This document shows positions 49,441-61,933 of a stretch of 64,000 nt of DNA, piece by piece (position 1 is the stretch's first letter; every line of letters starts with the position of its first letter). The notes under the pieces are model-generated. The model saw nothing but the letters and a program-made list of their open reading frames with translations, was not told where the DNA came from and did no database searches. A program made the position numbers and the translations under genes. The stretch comes from Octopus vulgaris. Lineage: Eukaryota. Location of the stretch: NCBI GenBank assembly GCA_951406725.2, contig OX597823.1, forward strand, positions 49,910,001 to 49,974,000, given 5' to 3'.

Positions 49441-51716
49441 AAATGAAATCTTAAGTTAATCTCTGTAGGATTTGAATCTCCAACACAAAAGGCTAGAATA
49501 TCTGCCACAAAGAATTTCACCTGATGCTTTACTGATTCTACCAATTCACTACTAACTCTCAAGCAGAATAAGACAGTGATGTTCTTTCATATTTTTCCTT
49601 TTCTTGCTGACATAGTTAGAAAGGTCACAAAAGGTCCTTTAACTACTTTCTCAACTCTTTTTATCTTCACCTTGTCTAGGATTACATAACAAAATTCAAA
49701 TTTTCTGATATCTCACCATAGACATAGACAAAAAAAAAAAGGAAGTCTTCTGAGAAAACATGATATATTATTACGTTAGCAGTTGCAGTATGTATCTCTC
49801 TTATCATTTTTTTTCTTCTCGATACTCTATTGATGTTAATTAGCAGTTATGTCTCCCTTATCTATAGTGCGTGCATATCTGTGAGTGTGTGTGTGTAACT
49901 TGTTATGGATCTGATAGTGTTATTTGTTTATAATTATCTTTTAATGGCTCCAGTTGTTGCTAAATAAATCCAGTTTGCGCTGTTCAATCATCATTGCCAT
50001 CACTATTGTTGTTGTTGTTGTCATCATCATCGTCTTTTTCAAATCTATGTTTTCCATGCTAGCATAGTTTGGACAATGCTTATATAGACAATTTTCTCCA
50101 GTCAAATGCTTTTTTTCTTTTCACCACCAGCTCCTGTTTTTCTAATAAGGTACTTTTATTCCACTGGTCTTCACACAATGAAACCATTGAACTACAGGAT
50201 AAACTATTCACAGATGTGATCACGCATCACCACTTTTGTTCAAATAGTGACATTGAGTCATATGAAAGCTAGCATTTATACACATGAGTATATACACATA
50301 GACGTGTGTGTACACACATACACACACATACCCTCATATATACAATAAGCTTCCGTTAGCTTCTATCTACCAAATTCCACTCACAAGACATTGGTTGCCC
50401 TAAGACTGTAGTAGAAAGACATCCAGGGTACCATGCAGTGGGACTGCTCAAAACCAAATAGTTGTGAAGTGAATTTTGCAACCACACAAGGTTGCTAAAT
50501 GAATTTTGCATTTCATCTTTCTTGTTGCTGTTGACTCTTTCATGTCTGAGAAAAATGATTCTGCAATTTCTGGTTGAACAACCTGCCTAGATGATTTGTT
50601 TATAATGATCAAATGTCTGTGTTGTACATTAGCTCACTCCCTCCATCAAATTGACATTGTCTGTACAGGCGCATGGTGTGCCACACGTCAGATGTTGAAG
50701 TGAACACAGAGAAACAAGGAATGAAGTGTTTCGGTCATGAACACAATGCACCACTCAGCTCAGGAATTGAAACCATTATCTCTTGATCAGGAGTGCAACA
50801 TCCTAACCACTAGGCCATGTACCATCTGGAGTTGGTAAAACAATGCATCACTCACATACTACTATTCCTACAATCAACTGATCACCTTCAACCAAAATTC
50901 AGTTCTTGTGCCTACACAAAACCCTTCTGTGAGACAAAAACAGCTATTAAATACTTCTGAGTGACCGACATTAAATCATTAAATCATTAAAAATGTTTTA
51001 GCCCGAAGGTCGCGGCCATGCTGGGGCACCACCGCTGTCTAACATTATCATATGTTCATTATTCTCATACCTCTTTTTATTAGAGACTTTTATCATAAGA
51101 GATTATGTCAAGTAGTACACTGTTACCCATCATCATTATCATCATTTAATGTCCATTTTCCATGCTGGCATTGGTTGGACAGTTGTCAGGAGCTAGCAAA
51201 CCAGAGGGCTGCACCAGCCTCTAATTGTCTGTTTTGACATAGTTTCGACAGCTGGATGCCCTTCCTAATTCCAACTACTTCACAGAGTGTACTGGGTGTT
51301 TTTTATGTGGCACGAACATGAATGCTTTTTGTGTGGCACCAGCACAGGTACTTTTTATGTGGAACCAGCAAAAAGGAAAAAAAGTAAAAATGGAAATCAC
51401 TTAATTTAAGAAAATTTAAACTTAAATTTTAATTCACAACAATATGAATTAATAAGCATTACTTTTCACAAAGTAATCTGAATACTAAAGAGTTAAAAAT
51501 GGAAGATTTGGCTACTTCCATGACAAGTCAAGTCAATTTTGTTAACTTATATGTTCTTGAGACAAGCTAGTAACCTGTTGTTAAACCAATGATGATGGCA
51601 GAGATAATTTCTGAAATATCTGTTTCTCTATTTCACTTAAATTAACTGTAAACTTTGTATTATTCTTTTACTTGTTTCAGTCATTTAACTATGGCCATGC
51701 TGGAGCACTGCCTTAA

Positions 51717-52804
51717 TCTTTTCGTTACTATATTTCTGACCAAAATACACCCCTTATGTGTTTCAATTAATTTCTAACGTAATCATAAATTTAGTCTGGT
51801 TTCATTAAACAACTATAACTTTTTTATTTATTGATATATTAATCTGATTTTTGGAAGATAATTTAATGAAATATTCTCAACCAATTCTACACTATAATTT
51901 TTGTCACAAAGTGACTCTAATTACAGGTAGATACAGGTAAATTCAACAAAATATAAAATTATTAAAATTTTGTTCAAACATCGCTATAGAAAATGGGTTA
52001 TTAGCTAATATTCAATTGGGTATACAACAAAATTTTACGATAGAATTTGTTATTCTGGGTAACTTTCTGATACCCATAATAATATTTATGGCAAAATAGT
52101 CTTAATTTCATTTAAGGTTGTGGGAAACGACAAACTATCGTTTCTTTCGCTTTGTTTACGTTTAGCGTAACAGTTCGTTTCCGCCGTAATGATTTCAAAT
52201 GGGCTCATTCGAAAAAGTAAAAAGAAATAGTCTAAGGCTTTACTCTTCTGGGAAAGTCTGTGGCTTGGTCCAGTTTCTTCAGAAAAATCACCGAAAGAAA
52301 CAGTTTTTAAATTTTCACTCCATTCAGGTGCCAATTCATTTTCTTTATTGCTGTCGGAGATCTCAGATTCACTGTTTTCACTTTCAGAAAATGAAACATC
52401 AGATTCATTATCAAATACCACATGCCTTTTTTTTTTTCAGTCATAGAGTTAGATTTATGAAGGTCTTCAGTAGAAAATCCTTCGAATTCTGACTCGCTGC
52501 TTGATATAATGAAATTCGTATCCATTTTTTGTCAGAATTACAAATTTTGAAAACACAATAGGAACAAATTTCGGAAACAAATCTCCCAAAATTCACGGAA
52601 ATAAAATTACACTTCGATTATTGTACAAAACTGTAGTTGAACTGTTTACGAAGTATAATACGTGTTTTCACGGATGTACTAAAGAGATTTGCTCTGATAT
52701 TCTCATTTAAATATGAATAGGTAAATTCGGGCGGCTTTGGGCGGTTTGGTGACATTAACCAAAATTTTTTTCGGGCGGCTTTGGGCGGTTTGGTAACGAA
52801 AGGG
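51717..52804 (-). mobile_element. Internally deleted piggyBac transposon inserted in a SINE
   Basis: The TTAA TSD lies at 51713-51716 and 52805-52808, with TIRs TCTTTTCGTTAC and GTAACGAAAGGG. A 25-nt subterminal repeat TTCGGGCGGCTTTGGGCGGTTTGGT occurs twice. The minus strand encodes a frameshifted transposase N-terminus (acidic tract, then FSEETGP..ALDYFFLLF..IITAETNCYA). The flanks rejoin as a family A SINE. Confidence 0.9.
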
Positions 52805-53396
52805 TTAAAGGGTTTTAGTTGAAGAAATCGACCCCAGGACTTATTCTTTATAAGCCTAGTACTTATTCTATCAGTCTCTTTTGCCGGACTGTTAAGTTAT
52901 GGGTATGTAAACACACCAACATCAGTTGTCAAACGATGGTAGGGTGACAAACATAGGCACAAAGACACGTACACACACACACACACACACACACACATAC
53001 CTTGATAGGTTTTGACCAGTATTGGCTATGTCTGACTTAATAACACCATCTGGCAAAGTCATTCAAATGAGGAATTGGACATGGCCCACTCGAGGATAGT
53101 TATTGTTTGTGGAGACATATCTGGGTGTAGGAGGTTTATCCGAAGGCTTTTTGAACTTTATGGGGTCTGTTTCTGCTTTAATGTATTTTGGTGCAATATA
53201 TATGTATATATGATGGGCTTCTTTCAGTTTCTGTCTACCAGATCCATTCACAAGGCTTTGGTCAGCCCAAGGCTATAGTAGAAGAGACTTGCCCAAGGCG
53301 TCACACAGTGGGTTTGCACGCAGAACCATGTGGTTGGGAAGCGGGCGCCTTACTACACAGCCATGCCTGTACCTATGTGTATATAATCTTTAAATA

Positions 53397-53613
53397 TTGG
53401 TTTCAAATTTTGTCACAAGGCCAGCAATTTCAGAGGAGGGGGTTCTAGTTGATTGCATCAACCCCAGTTCTCAGCTGGTGCTTATTCTATCAACCCTGAA
53501 AGGATGAAAGGCAAAGTCAGCCTTGACAGAATTTGAACTCAGAGCATAAACACAGACAAAATGCCACTAAGCATTTTCCCTGGTGTACTAACATTTCTGC
53601 CAGCCTGCTACCT
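53397..53613 (-). mobile_element. SINE family C copy
   Basis: It is a reverse-complement homologue of the units at 47527. Confidence 0.75.
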
Positions 53614-53639
53614 TATAGTCTTCAAATATTATCAGTCTA

Positions 53640-53915
53640 TCATTGTAACGTTTGCTCGTTGAGTCCTCATGGACCGATTCCAATTGTAAATTTGATCTGA
53701 GTTTTTTTTAACATTAGACAGTATTCCCAGGAAGCTTAATGTATTGATTTCTTGTGTTCTTAGGTTAACTTGTCTTATCAGTGAATATATTCCAGAATGA
53801 ACTTTTAGTTTTTCTATTCTAGAATAATCAGTCATGTGTTGATTATTCTCATACCTCTTGTTATTATTAAATATTGTGTCAAAACGTACACTCTCACCCA
53901 TAGCAATAATTTTAT
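53640..53915 (-). mobile_element. Possible decayed LINE APE endonuclease fragment
   Basis: It contains KIIAMGE (compare IIxMGDFN) and NNQHMTDY..LKV, and after a frameshift GSVH/RTQRANV (compare GSDHRLLRAKV). Confidence 0.35.
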
Positions 53916-55284
53916 ATGTAATTAGTCTTCATCAGTGTATTTGTTTTGTATATTTTTTGAATTTTCTCCTTGACATGTTGGCGATGACCTTCTATATATC
54001 TGTTTCCTATCCTTCTTCATAATGACCTCAAGGTTCTGAAATATCAGCTCTGATGAAGATTCTGTTTTAAGCAATTATTTATGGAAGCCTGGCTTTGTAC
54101 TTAAGAAGCTTGCTTCACAACTATATGGTCTTAGGTTCAGTCCTGTTGCATTGCACCTTGGGCAAGTATCTTCTGTCACCCCAGGCCAACTAGATGGAAA
54201 CTGAAAGAAGCCTGTTGTTTATATGTAAATGTATTTGTGAGTGTATCTTTGTCTTGACATCACATGATGATTGTAAGTGAGTATCAATGTCGTACAAGAA
54301 TGTTATTCATTTCCAGTTTTTTGTAGAAAACTTGTCTAGAAATAGGGAAATATTAACTTGCTTGGAAACAGGTAGAGGGTTGGCAACGAAAAGAACATCC
54401 AGTCACAGAAAATCTAACTCAACTAATTCTGTCAGGCTGGAAAAAAATATGTTAAATGAATGATACAGTTTTCAATTGCAAAGCCTTTTGGAATTTTCTT
54501 GAAATATATCACAGACTCACATTCCAGAAACACCAATGTAGAATAGCCCAAGCCAAATAAAAACCATGAAAGATTATGAGTTTTATTTTTTATCCTATTG
54601 TCTAAATAATTTTTTTCTAGGTTACAGCAAACAAATCATTAAGTATGGTGGATTGATTGATTAGTTCATAAGTGAAAGTAATCAACCAAAATTTATAACT
54701 TCTTTGTTGCTGGCAAATTCTTTAAAGAAAGTATTTGTCTGTGTTTAGAGACCATCATCACATTACTTTTGAGTGAGTGCATAGCATGAATGAGATTATC
54801 CAGCTGTTAAAATTTATTCAAGGAAATCCATGCTAGTGTGATGGAGTAAACGTTTAAAAACATATTCATAAATAACTATCAAATCAATAAAGCTTTATCA
54901 ATAAATTGGATTCACCTGTAATTGTGAATTCATTAGCGATAACTTTTAGGAAGACATTTTGTGCATGCAAAACAAAAATGTGTTTCTTTGTCATTTGCAT
55001 TATTGTTTTAATAAATCTATAGAAAACACTCCTGCTATTCATTTGGACAATATTCTATATTCTTTTCTTTTGGTATTAGTTTTCAAGCTTACAATTTACC
55101 ATTCTTTGGAAGATTGAATGTCTTTAGTTTTACTCCAAGAGTTGATGTTAGAACTTTACCATTAACATTCGCTATATTTTCCTGAATTGGTTGTTTTGAA
55201 AGGTTTCATAAGGGCATTTTAGTAATCAGTACATATTCTCCTTCCAAAATTATCCTTTACTTGACTAAATGGTATTCTCTAAGC

Positions 55285-55503
55285 CAGTGCTTTTCAAACT
55301 TTTTGCTGGAGCGGAACCCCAAGGAAACATTCCACTGGCTCGAGGAACCCCTGTGCAATAATTTAATAGTCTTATGCACACATATCTGCACAGGAGAATT
55401 AAAAATTACTGCCGATTTTAGCAGTTTTGTAACTTCTTGCGGAACCCCTGGACTGTACTGGCAGAACCCTATGGTTCCGCGGAACCCTGGTTGAAAACCA
55501 CTG
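55285..55503. mobile_element. hAT-type MITE
   Basis: The TIRs are CAGTGCTTTTCAA and TTGAAAACCACTG, and the TSD is CTCTAAGC/CTGTAAGC. GGAACCC subterminal motifs are repeated. Confidence 0.85.
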
Positions 55504-55686
55504 CTGTAAGCCTTCGTTGTACTCCATCTTCAATAAGAACTCTTTACTGCAGTGATATCTCAATTCCAGGATTGTTTAATTAATTTTTACTCCGATTACT
55601 TCCTGCCTTAACTGATTTCATTAAAAAATAAATACATTTTAAGAATTTTGGAACTAATAACATTTATTTTTTGCATTTTTATCGTT

Positions 55687-55764
<78 letters not shown>

Positions 55765-55765
<1 letters not shown>

Positions 55766-55934
55766 CGTTTACTTGTTTCCATCAATGAACTGCTGTTTTG
55801 AAAGGTTTAGTTGAACAAATTGACCCCAGTGTTTATTATTTAAGCTTGGTAATTTATCTGTCTCTTTTGCTGAACCACTAAATTATGGAGATGTAAACAA
55901 ACCAACACTGGTTGTCAAGTGACAGTGACACACA

Positions 55935-55978
<44 letters not shown>

Positions 55979-56022
55979 AGACTTTCTTCAGTTTCTGTCT
56001 ACTAAATCTGCTCACAAGGCTT
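55765..56022 (-). mobile_element. SINE family A, partial
   Basis: It runs TTTACTTGTTTC..ACCAACACTGGTTGTCAAG..(CA)n..CAGTTTCTGTCTAC..CACAAGGCTTT. Confidence 0.7.
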
Positions 56023-57297
56023 TTTCTTTTTTTTAAATGGTAGAATAATTACTTTTATACTGTACAGGATTGGTATTTTTGATTTCTGTTATTAAGTGAA
56101 GGATACACAAGTCTTTCCTTGGAAAGATGTGTAAGTAACTTATCCAGGAGTTAACTTAGATAATTTATTCCTGCCAAATAACCTGAAGCGTTTAGAATAA
56201 AGTGTTTTGCATAGAAACTTGTTAAATGTATTCCGTTTAATTTGAACTCACAACACGTGAGTTGGTATTTCAATACCTTATCCATTCATCCACTTTGGTG
56301 ATATCCATCTTCACTTGTCTATAATGTAATTCGTGAAGTGGATAGATGTTTGAAAGGAAATCATTACATGAAGGACTAGCCAATTTAGTTTTCATGATGA
56401 TACATAATAGCTACTGCATTTTAACTATTAGTCTAAGTCACCACTCAATTTACAGCAATTCAGCTCTAATTTTCTGAATCCTAAATCAGTTAAGTATTGG
56501 CTGCAGATATACCATTGCGTATTGATTTGTTGTGTAGAAATAATACGGCTGGTGGAACATATAAATGTTCTAAAAGATGTGTTTCAGAAAACCAGATGCG
56601 GCGGTGTGGGGGGAAGGAATGGTTGTCACAGTCGTATCAGATTAAGGATAAAGAGTATGGCAATGGTATAGAAATACCCTTCTTTCCATTTAAAATAAAA
56701 AAAAAATATGTGTTTCCTTGTATACGTTACAATTATTTATTTGTGCATTTGAGTTCATAGATAATATTCAAGTTGTGGTAACATAATACAATTTTAATGC
56801 AATTTATATTGCGCTCAAATGCTACAGCTGAAATGGTTTTCCAGTGCCTTATTTATACATATATGTATTGATATCAGAGATAAGTTGTAAGCTATCTTTC
56901 GAATTGCTTTCTTCCTTTCTCTCCCTTTTATAGTTTTTCGATAATCGCAATGTTTTAAGGGGAATAGAAATATCTAATAATATCATAGAGAAAAGCTATT
57001 TATTTCAATTGAGCTCCCCAAATAAAGTGGTCTATGTGGTTGGGTAGTTTGCTTCCAAACCATATGGTTTTGGGTTCAGTCCCACTGCGTGGCACCTTGA
57101 GTAAGTGTTTTCTATTATAGCCCTGGACCAACCAAAGCCTTGTGAGTGTGGATTTGGTAGATGGAAACTGAAAGAAACCTGTTGTGTACATGTGTGTGTG
57201 TTTGTGTGTCCTTGTTTCGATATTGCTTGATAGTTGTAAATGAGTGTCAGTATAATATAGGAAGTGTCATTAATTTCAATATCTTTTGTAAATATGT

Positions 57298-57512
57298 AAG
57301 GTGGTGAGCTGGCAGAATTGTTAGCATGTCAGGCAAAATGCTTAGCAGCATTTCATCCTTCATGTTCTGAGTTCAAATTCCACCGAGGTTGACATTGTCT
57401 TTCATCCTTTCGCAGTCAATTAAATAAGTACCAGTTGAAGACTGGAGTTGATATAGATTGGCTTACACCCCTCCCCCAAATTTGCTGACTTTGTGCTAAA
57501 ATTTGAAACCAA
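57298..57512 (+). mobile_element. SINE family C nested inside another SINE
   Basis: It is flanked by an imperfect TSD, CTTTTGTAAATATGT (57283-57297) and TCTTTGTAAACATGT (57516-57530). The host SINE spans about 57030-57670. Confidence 0.75.
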
Positions 57513-57759
57513 CCTTCTTTGTAAACATGTCTGGCTAAGGAGAAATATTACCTTGCTTAGAAACAGGTATGGGTTGGTGACAGGAAGGGCATCCAGTTGT
57601 TGAAAATCTGCTTCGGTAAATTCCATCTGACCTGTGTGCAAACACAGAAAAGTGGATATTAAATGACGATCTATCAACAAAAGGAAGTGTTTGTAAAAAG
57701 CCTATTTATTGCTTTCTCTTTGATTTTTATTCACTTCTGACTCTTTATTTCCGTTCTAG

Positions 57760-57906
57760 GTTTCTTTTGTAATCCGAGATGAAGTAGAGCGTTATCACCG
57801 TTCTGGTGTTAATGCCTTGCAGTATGATCCCGTCCTTAACCGACTGTACTCAGCTGGGCGTGATTCCATCATCCGAATATGGAATACAAGAGCAAATTCA
57901 AACAAG
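57760..57906 (+). CDS. WDR48: Internal coding exon (probable exon 2) of WD repeat-containing protein 48 / UAF1 (USP1-associated factor)
   Basis: A pyrimidine tract and AG (57758-57759) precede the exon, and a GTGAG donor follows at 57907. The 147 nt translate as [49 protein letters not shown], which matches the N-terminal WD40 region of WDR48 as I recall it ([41 protein letters not shown]). The exon has no ATG, so it is absent from the ORF track. Confidence 0.95.
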
Positions 57907-58577
57907 GTGAGATAAATGTTATCATATTTCATATAACTGTATTTTTTATTTTGCTTCCATCCATGGTCCCAGGAGCTGTTCCATTCTAAGTATCTCAGAG
58001 CTATGAAAAAGTAAAATCTGAACAGTTGATGGAGTAACTTCTTAAGCACTTGACTGTCCATTGTCACATATTTTTCCCCTTTGTAGAATTTGCAAGTAGA
58101 TTTAATGTTTTGGCAATGTGGTTGATGGTAAAACAAGATTGGTATGGGGAATGAGAAAGTAGAGGTGATTGCAATATAGACTTAATTGGTAACTGTCATG
58201 GATAAAATGTTATGTGTCACAAAACAGATCTGTTCAACCCACCTGCTATTGTCTCCAGTTCTACAATACAAGCTTCCTGTTTTAAAGTGATAAAGTGATC
58301 TAATTAAAACCTTCCTTCAAAATTTCATGTTAATTTATGTTCTAAACACCAGCTCAATAACAACAAAAATTTTACTGAATTTTCCAATATTCTCAAAATT
58401 AATTGAAATAAAGACAATTTATTTCAGCAGAAATACGGTAATAAAGGTGTTGAACTGTTGTAGGCTAGAAAAACAGTTAAAATAGCATGAAATGTTTTTT
58501 TTTTATGTGTGTGTATATATAAATAATAATAATAATGAAATTATTGTATACAATGGTCAGGTGCACCACAACTATAA

Positions 58578-58626
<49 letters not shown>

Positions 58627-60659
58627 TAACTAAGAATAAGTCAGTAAGAGAAGCTTCTATGTGGTTGCTCCAACTACTGGAAATAATAACCAAATCCTCC
58701 TCAAATAATTGCATCATGCTTTCTTAAAAAGAAAGAATTCATTCAATAATATAGTTATAGATATACTATTTGTGGGAAAGAAAAATGAATAAAATAAATT
58801 TAAAAGATAGGATGGTCAGGAGTGAAACACTTTTGATCAATTGTAGGCTTTTTTTTTAGTCTGAGTTGGCATTAAACAACGAAAAAAACCTAGAAACTTT
58901 AGCAAAGTTGGTCTTTTCTAAGTGTTTAGGTTATTTTTAGTAATGCAGCTGTAAAAACACATTGTGGTGTATGAGTTCAATGAAATGTTCTAAATTTGTG
59001 TCAGGAAAAGTACAACCGAAATACCAATTGCTAGAGTAGCTCTTTTAGTAGACGATACAGTGTAGACTGTGAACAAGCTAGTTCACTGAGTTTGGTTGGT
59101 GTACATGCTACATTTATTTGATTAAAATCTTGACCTTTAGCTGTAACATTACGCATAAAGAACGCATGCCACAAGAGACATTGACTATCATGAATTGTGG
59201 AGAATAGTTCAGTAGAGTGTTAGGATGTAAACACAGTTTATCGTAATTTTTTTTAGGGATAGGGTGGGGACAGGAGTGCCTCCACTAGTAGACTTTTTAG
59301 CTGTTATTTGAGATTGGCGAATAAAATGTAAGTGCCAAGTTCATGTTTGTTGTATTAAGCACTTGTTCTCATGTCACACAGTCAACTGATTTTGGGTGAA
59401 GAGAAGCGTTGGAATGGAAGATATTTGCTTTAGCCATACAATTTAGGAGACTGCATTTAGAAGAATGTCTCAGAGATAACTTGTTTAAATAGATAATTTG
59501 GTTAGCAGTGCTGGAATCAATTGAAAGAACTCTTAGGACTGGAAAAGTGAGCTGAAAGCCATACGGATGACATTTTCATTTTTGTGTGTGTGTGTTTTTG
59601 TTAAGTGAAAAGAGAACAAATTTTCTGCTATGTTGACTATAATAGTTAGAGAAGTGTAGTGACATTTCTGGTAACCTAGCAATGCACTCTTATTTGTTGT
59701 TTTCTAATTCCATGAATGACATCTAGCAAATATATTCCATTCATATTCAGTAATGAATTAACAGATGTATCCAAAAAGTTTCTTTACTTTGTCATTATTG
59801 GTGTCATTGTCATCATCATCATCATTTTTTAAAGTCTACTTTTATCATGTTGGTATTGATTGGACAATATTTTTTGAGGCAGTATTCTGTAGCTAGATGC
59901 CCTTCTTGAAGCCAATGTTTACTTATTTTCAAATGAAATACTTCAACCTGTTAGCATTTAAACTAGCCCAAATATTCTATTTGTTTTATGTTCAAACTCA
60001 TCTTTTGGCCTCTTACATCTACCTTACAATGTCAGTCTAAAAATATGCAGTCACATCATTGAAATTTTAAAGCTACAAGATAGTACAAGATTAATTCAAA
60101 ACAACATGAATAACTATTACTCTGTAAAGTGGTTGGTGTTAGGAAGAGCATCCAGCTGTAGAAACCATGCCAAAACAGACACAGATCCTGAACAGCCCTT
60201 CGGCCGGTCAGCTCCTGTTAAACTGTCTCACCCATGCCAGCGGTGAAAATGAGCGTTAAATGCTGATGCGGATGATGACACATTTGACTGTAATCTGAAT
60301 GCTAAGGGATTAATCCACTAGTCTTTGTACATCAACTGCAGAGCTGTGGGCCAAATTGCTTGTGCAGGACATAAACAAACATCACCATCGCCCAAGTATT
60401 TTAATGTGAAAATGTGAGATAAATGCACACACACTCATATACACATGCACAATGGGTATCTGTACAGTTTCCACCAACAGGTTTCTGTACAGTTTCACAA
60501 GTCATTGGTCAGCCAGAGCCCCGTGGTTGCAGAGTGAGATTCTTACCCACACAGCCATCACTGAGTCCCAGTAAGTGTAATTAATCAGTGTTGATTTGAA
60601 GACAGGAGATTGCTGGACTTCAAAGGAGTTTAGATAAATTTATTTAATCTGACTGACCT

Positions 60660-60950
60660 AGGCACAGGTGTGTCTGTGTGGTAAGAAGTTTTCTTCCCAA
60701 CCACATGGTTCCAGGTTCAGTCCCACTAAATGGCACCTTAGGCAGGTGTCTTCTGCTATAGCCTCAGGCCAACCAAAGCTTTGTGAGTGGATTTGGTAGA
60801 CAGAAACTGAAAAGAAGCCCATTGTATATATCTATGTGCATATGTCTTTGTGTCTGTGTTTGTCCCATACCACTGCTTGACAACTAGTGTTGCTGTATTT
60901 ACATCCTCCACAACTTAGCAGTTCAGTAAAAGACACTGATAGAATAAGTA
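60660..60950 (+). mobile_element. SINE family A copy
   Basis: It begins GGCACAGGTGTGTCTGTGTGGTAAGAAG..GGTTCAGTCCCAC. Confidence 0.8.
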
Positions 60951-61386
60951 AATTATCTTAAAGTTGAAAAATATTCATTAACTTTGCTGAATTCTTTCAT
61001 CACTTTACCTGATAATGACATACAGCTGAAAGTTCTTGAGAGCCAACAGACTGAAAGGATAGAGGTTCCTTAGTGGATTGTGTAGGTTTGTAGGGCATTT
61101 TGAATGTAGGTTGCATTCAGTGAGCAAATGATATTAAATGTATAAATTTATTAATATTAAAATTTCTTTAGTTTATTGTGGCAATATACCTAAAAATAAC
61201 TACTCAGAACAAGTTAAACAAATCAGATACAGTCATTGATTATGTCACAATTATCAATGACTGTAACCACACAGCATCATTGCTGTGGGAACATTTAACA
61301 TCTTCCAACTTAATTACTTACATTGATAGGTTTAATGATTTCAGTCAGGATATTCTGAGGTTCCCTTGGCTGGTTGTGTGTCGTTA

Positions 61387-61486
61387 TGGTGGTGGTGGTG
61401 GTCATTGTCATCATGACAGTGGTGGTGGTGGTCATTGTCATTATGACAGTGGTGGTGGTCATTGTGGTTATTGTCGTCATGACAGT
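61387..61486. repeat. Short minisatellite (about 30-nt unit, about 3 copies)
   Basis: The unit GGTGGTGGTGGTCATTGTCAT(C/T)ATGACAGT is repeated. Confidence 0.8.
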
Positions 61487-61711
61487 AGCCCTGTATTACT
61501 TATGGTTGAGCAGGCCTATAATCAATGATGTTCCAGCTATGACCACCCCATGTTATTTTCAAGCATTGTATCCAGGACTGTGCTATCTGATGTTTCTTTC
61601 CCATTTTTTATGATAATAGGTGTGATTTGAGGTAAATTTAGCTAGCTACTATTTCTAACAAGTCAGCTGCCTTCATAGAGGATCCTTTGTCATTTTTATA
61701 TATTTCTTTAT

Positions 61712-61933
61712 TGCCCCAGGGGGCTAAACATGGGTGGGGACAAACAAAGAGAGTCAAAGGGATTAAGTCAATTACATCGACCCCAGTGCATAACAGGTAC
61801 TTATTTAATTGACCCCGAAAGGATGAAAGGCAAAGTTGACCTCAGCGGAATTTGAACTCAGAACGTAACGGCAGATGAAATACCGCTAAGCATTTCGTTC
61901 GGCATGCTAACGATTCTGCCAGCTCACTGCCTT
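61712..61933 (-). mobile_element. SINE family C-related copy, well preserved
   Basis: It runs GACCCCGAAAGGATGAAAGGCAAAGTTGACCTCAGCGGAATTTGAACTCAGAACG..GATTCTGCCAGCTCACTGCC. Confidence 0.8.

Noticed and set aside
54045-54075. CTGATGAAG motif
   Set aside because: It has no helix II or GAAA and is probably a chance match.
54610-54648. Possible 22-nt micro-exon (TTTTTTCTAG|GTTACAGCAAACAAATCATTAA|GTATGG)
   Set aside because: The donor is weak, inclusion would frameshift the next exon and it has no similarity to the WDR48 N-terminus. Such motifs are common in AT-rich introns.
56497-56760. 87-aa ORF in non-repetitive sequence upstream of the WDR48 exon
   Set aside because: It has a non-ATG start, no resemblance to the WDR48 N-terminus and no convincing splice donor.
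57795-58136. 113-aa minus-strand ORF
   Set aside because: It overlaps the real WDR48 exon on the opposite strand and has no homology signal.
61178-61613. ORFs with Gly/His/Cys-rich or Val-rich repeats
   Set aside because: They are translations of a short GGT-rich minisatellite, with no splice or homology support.
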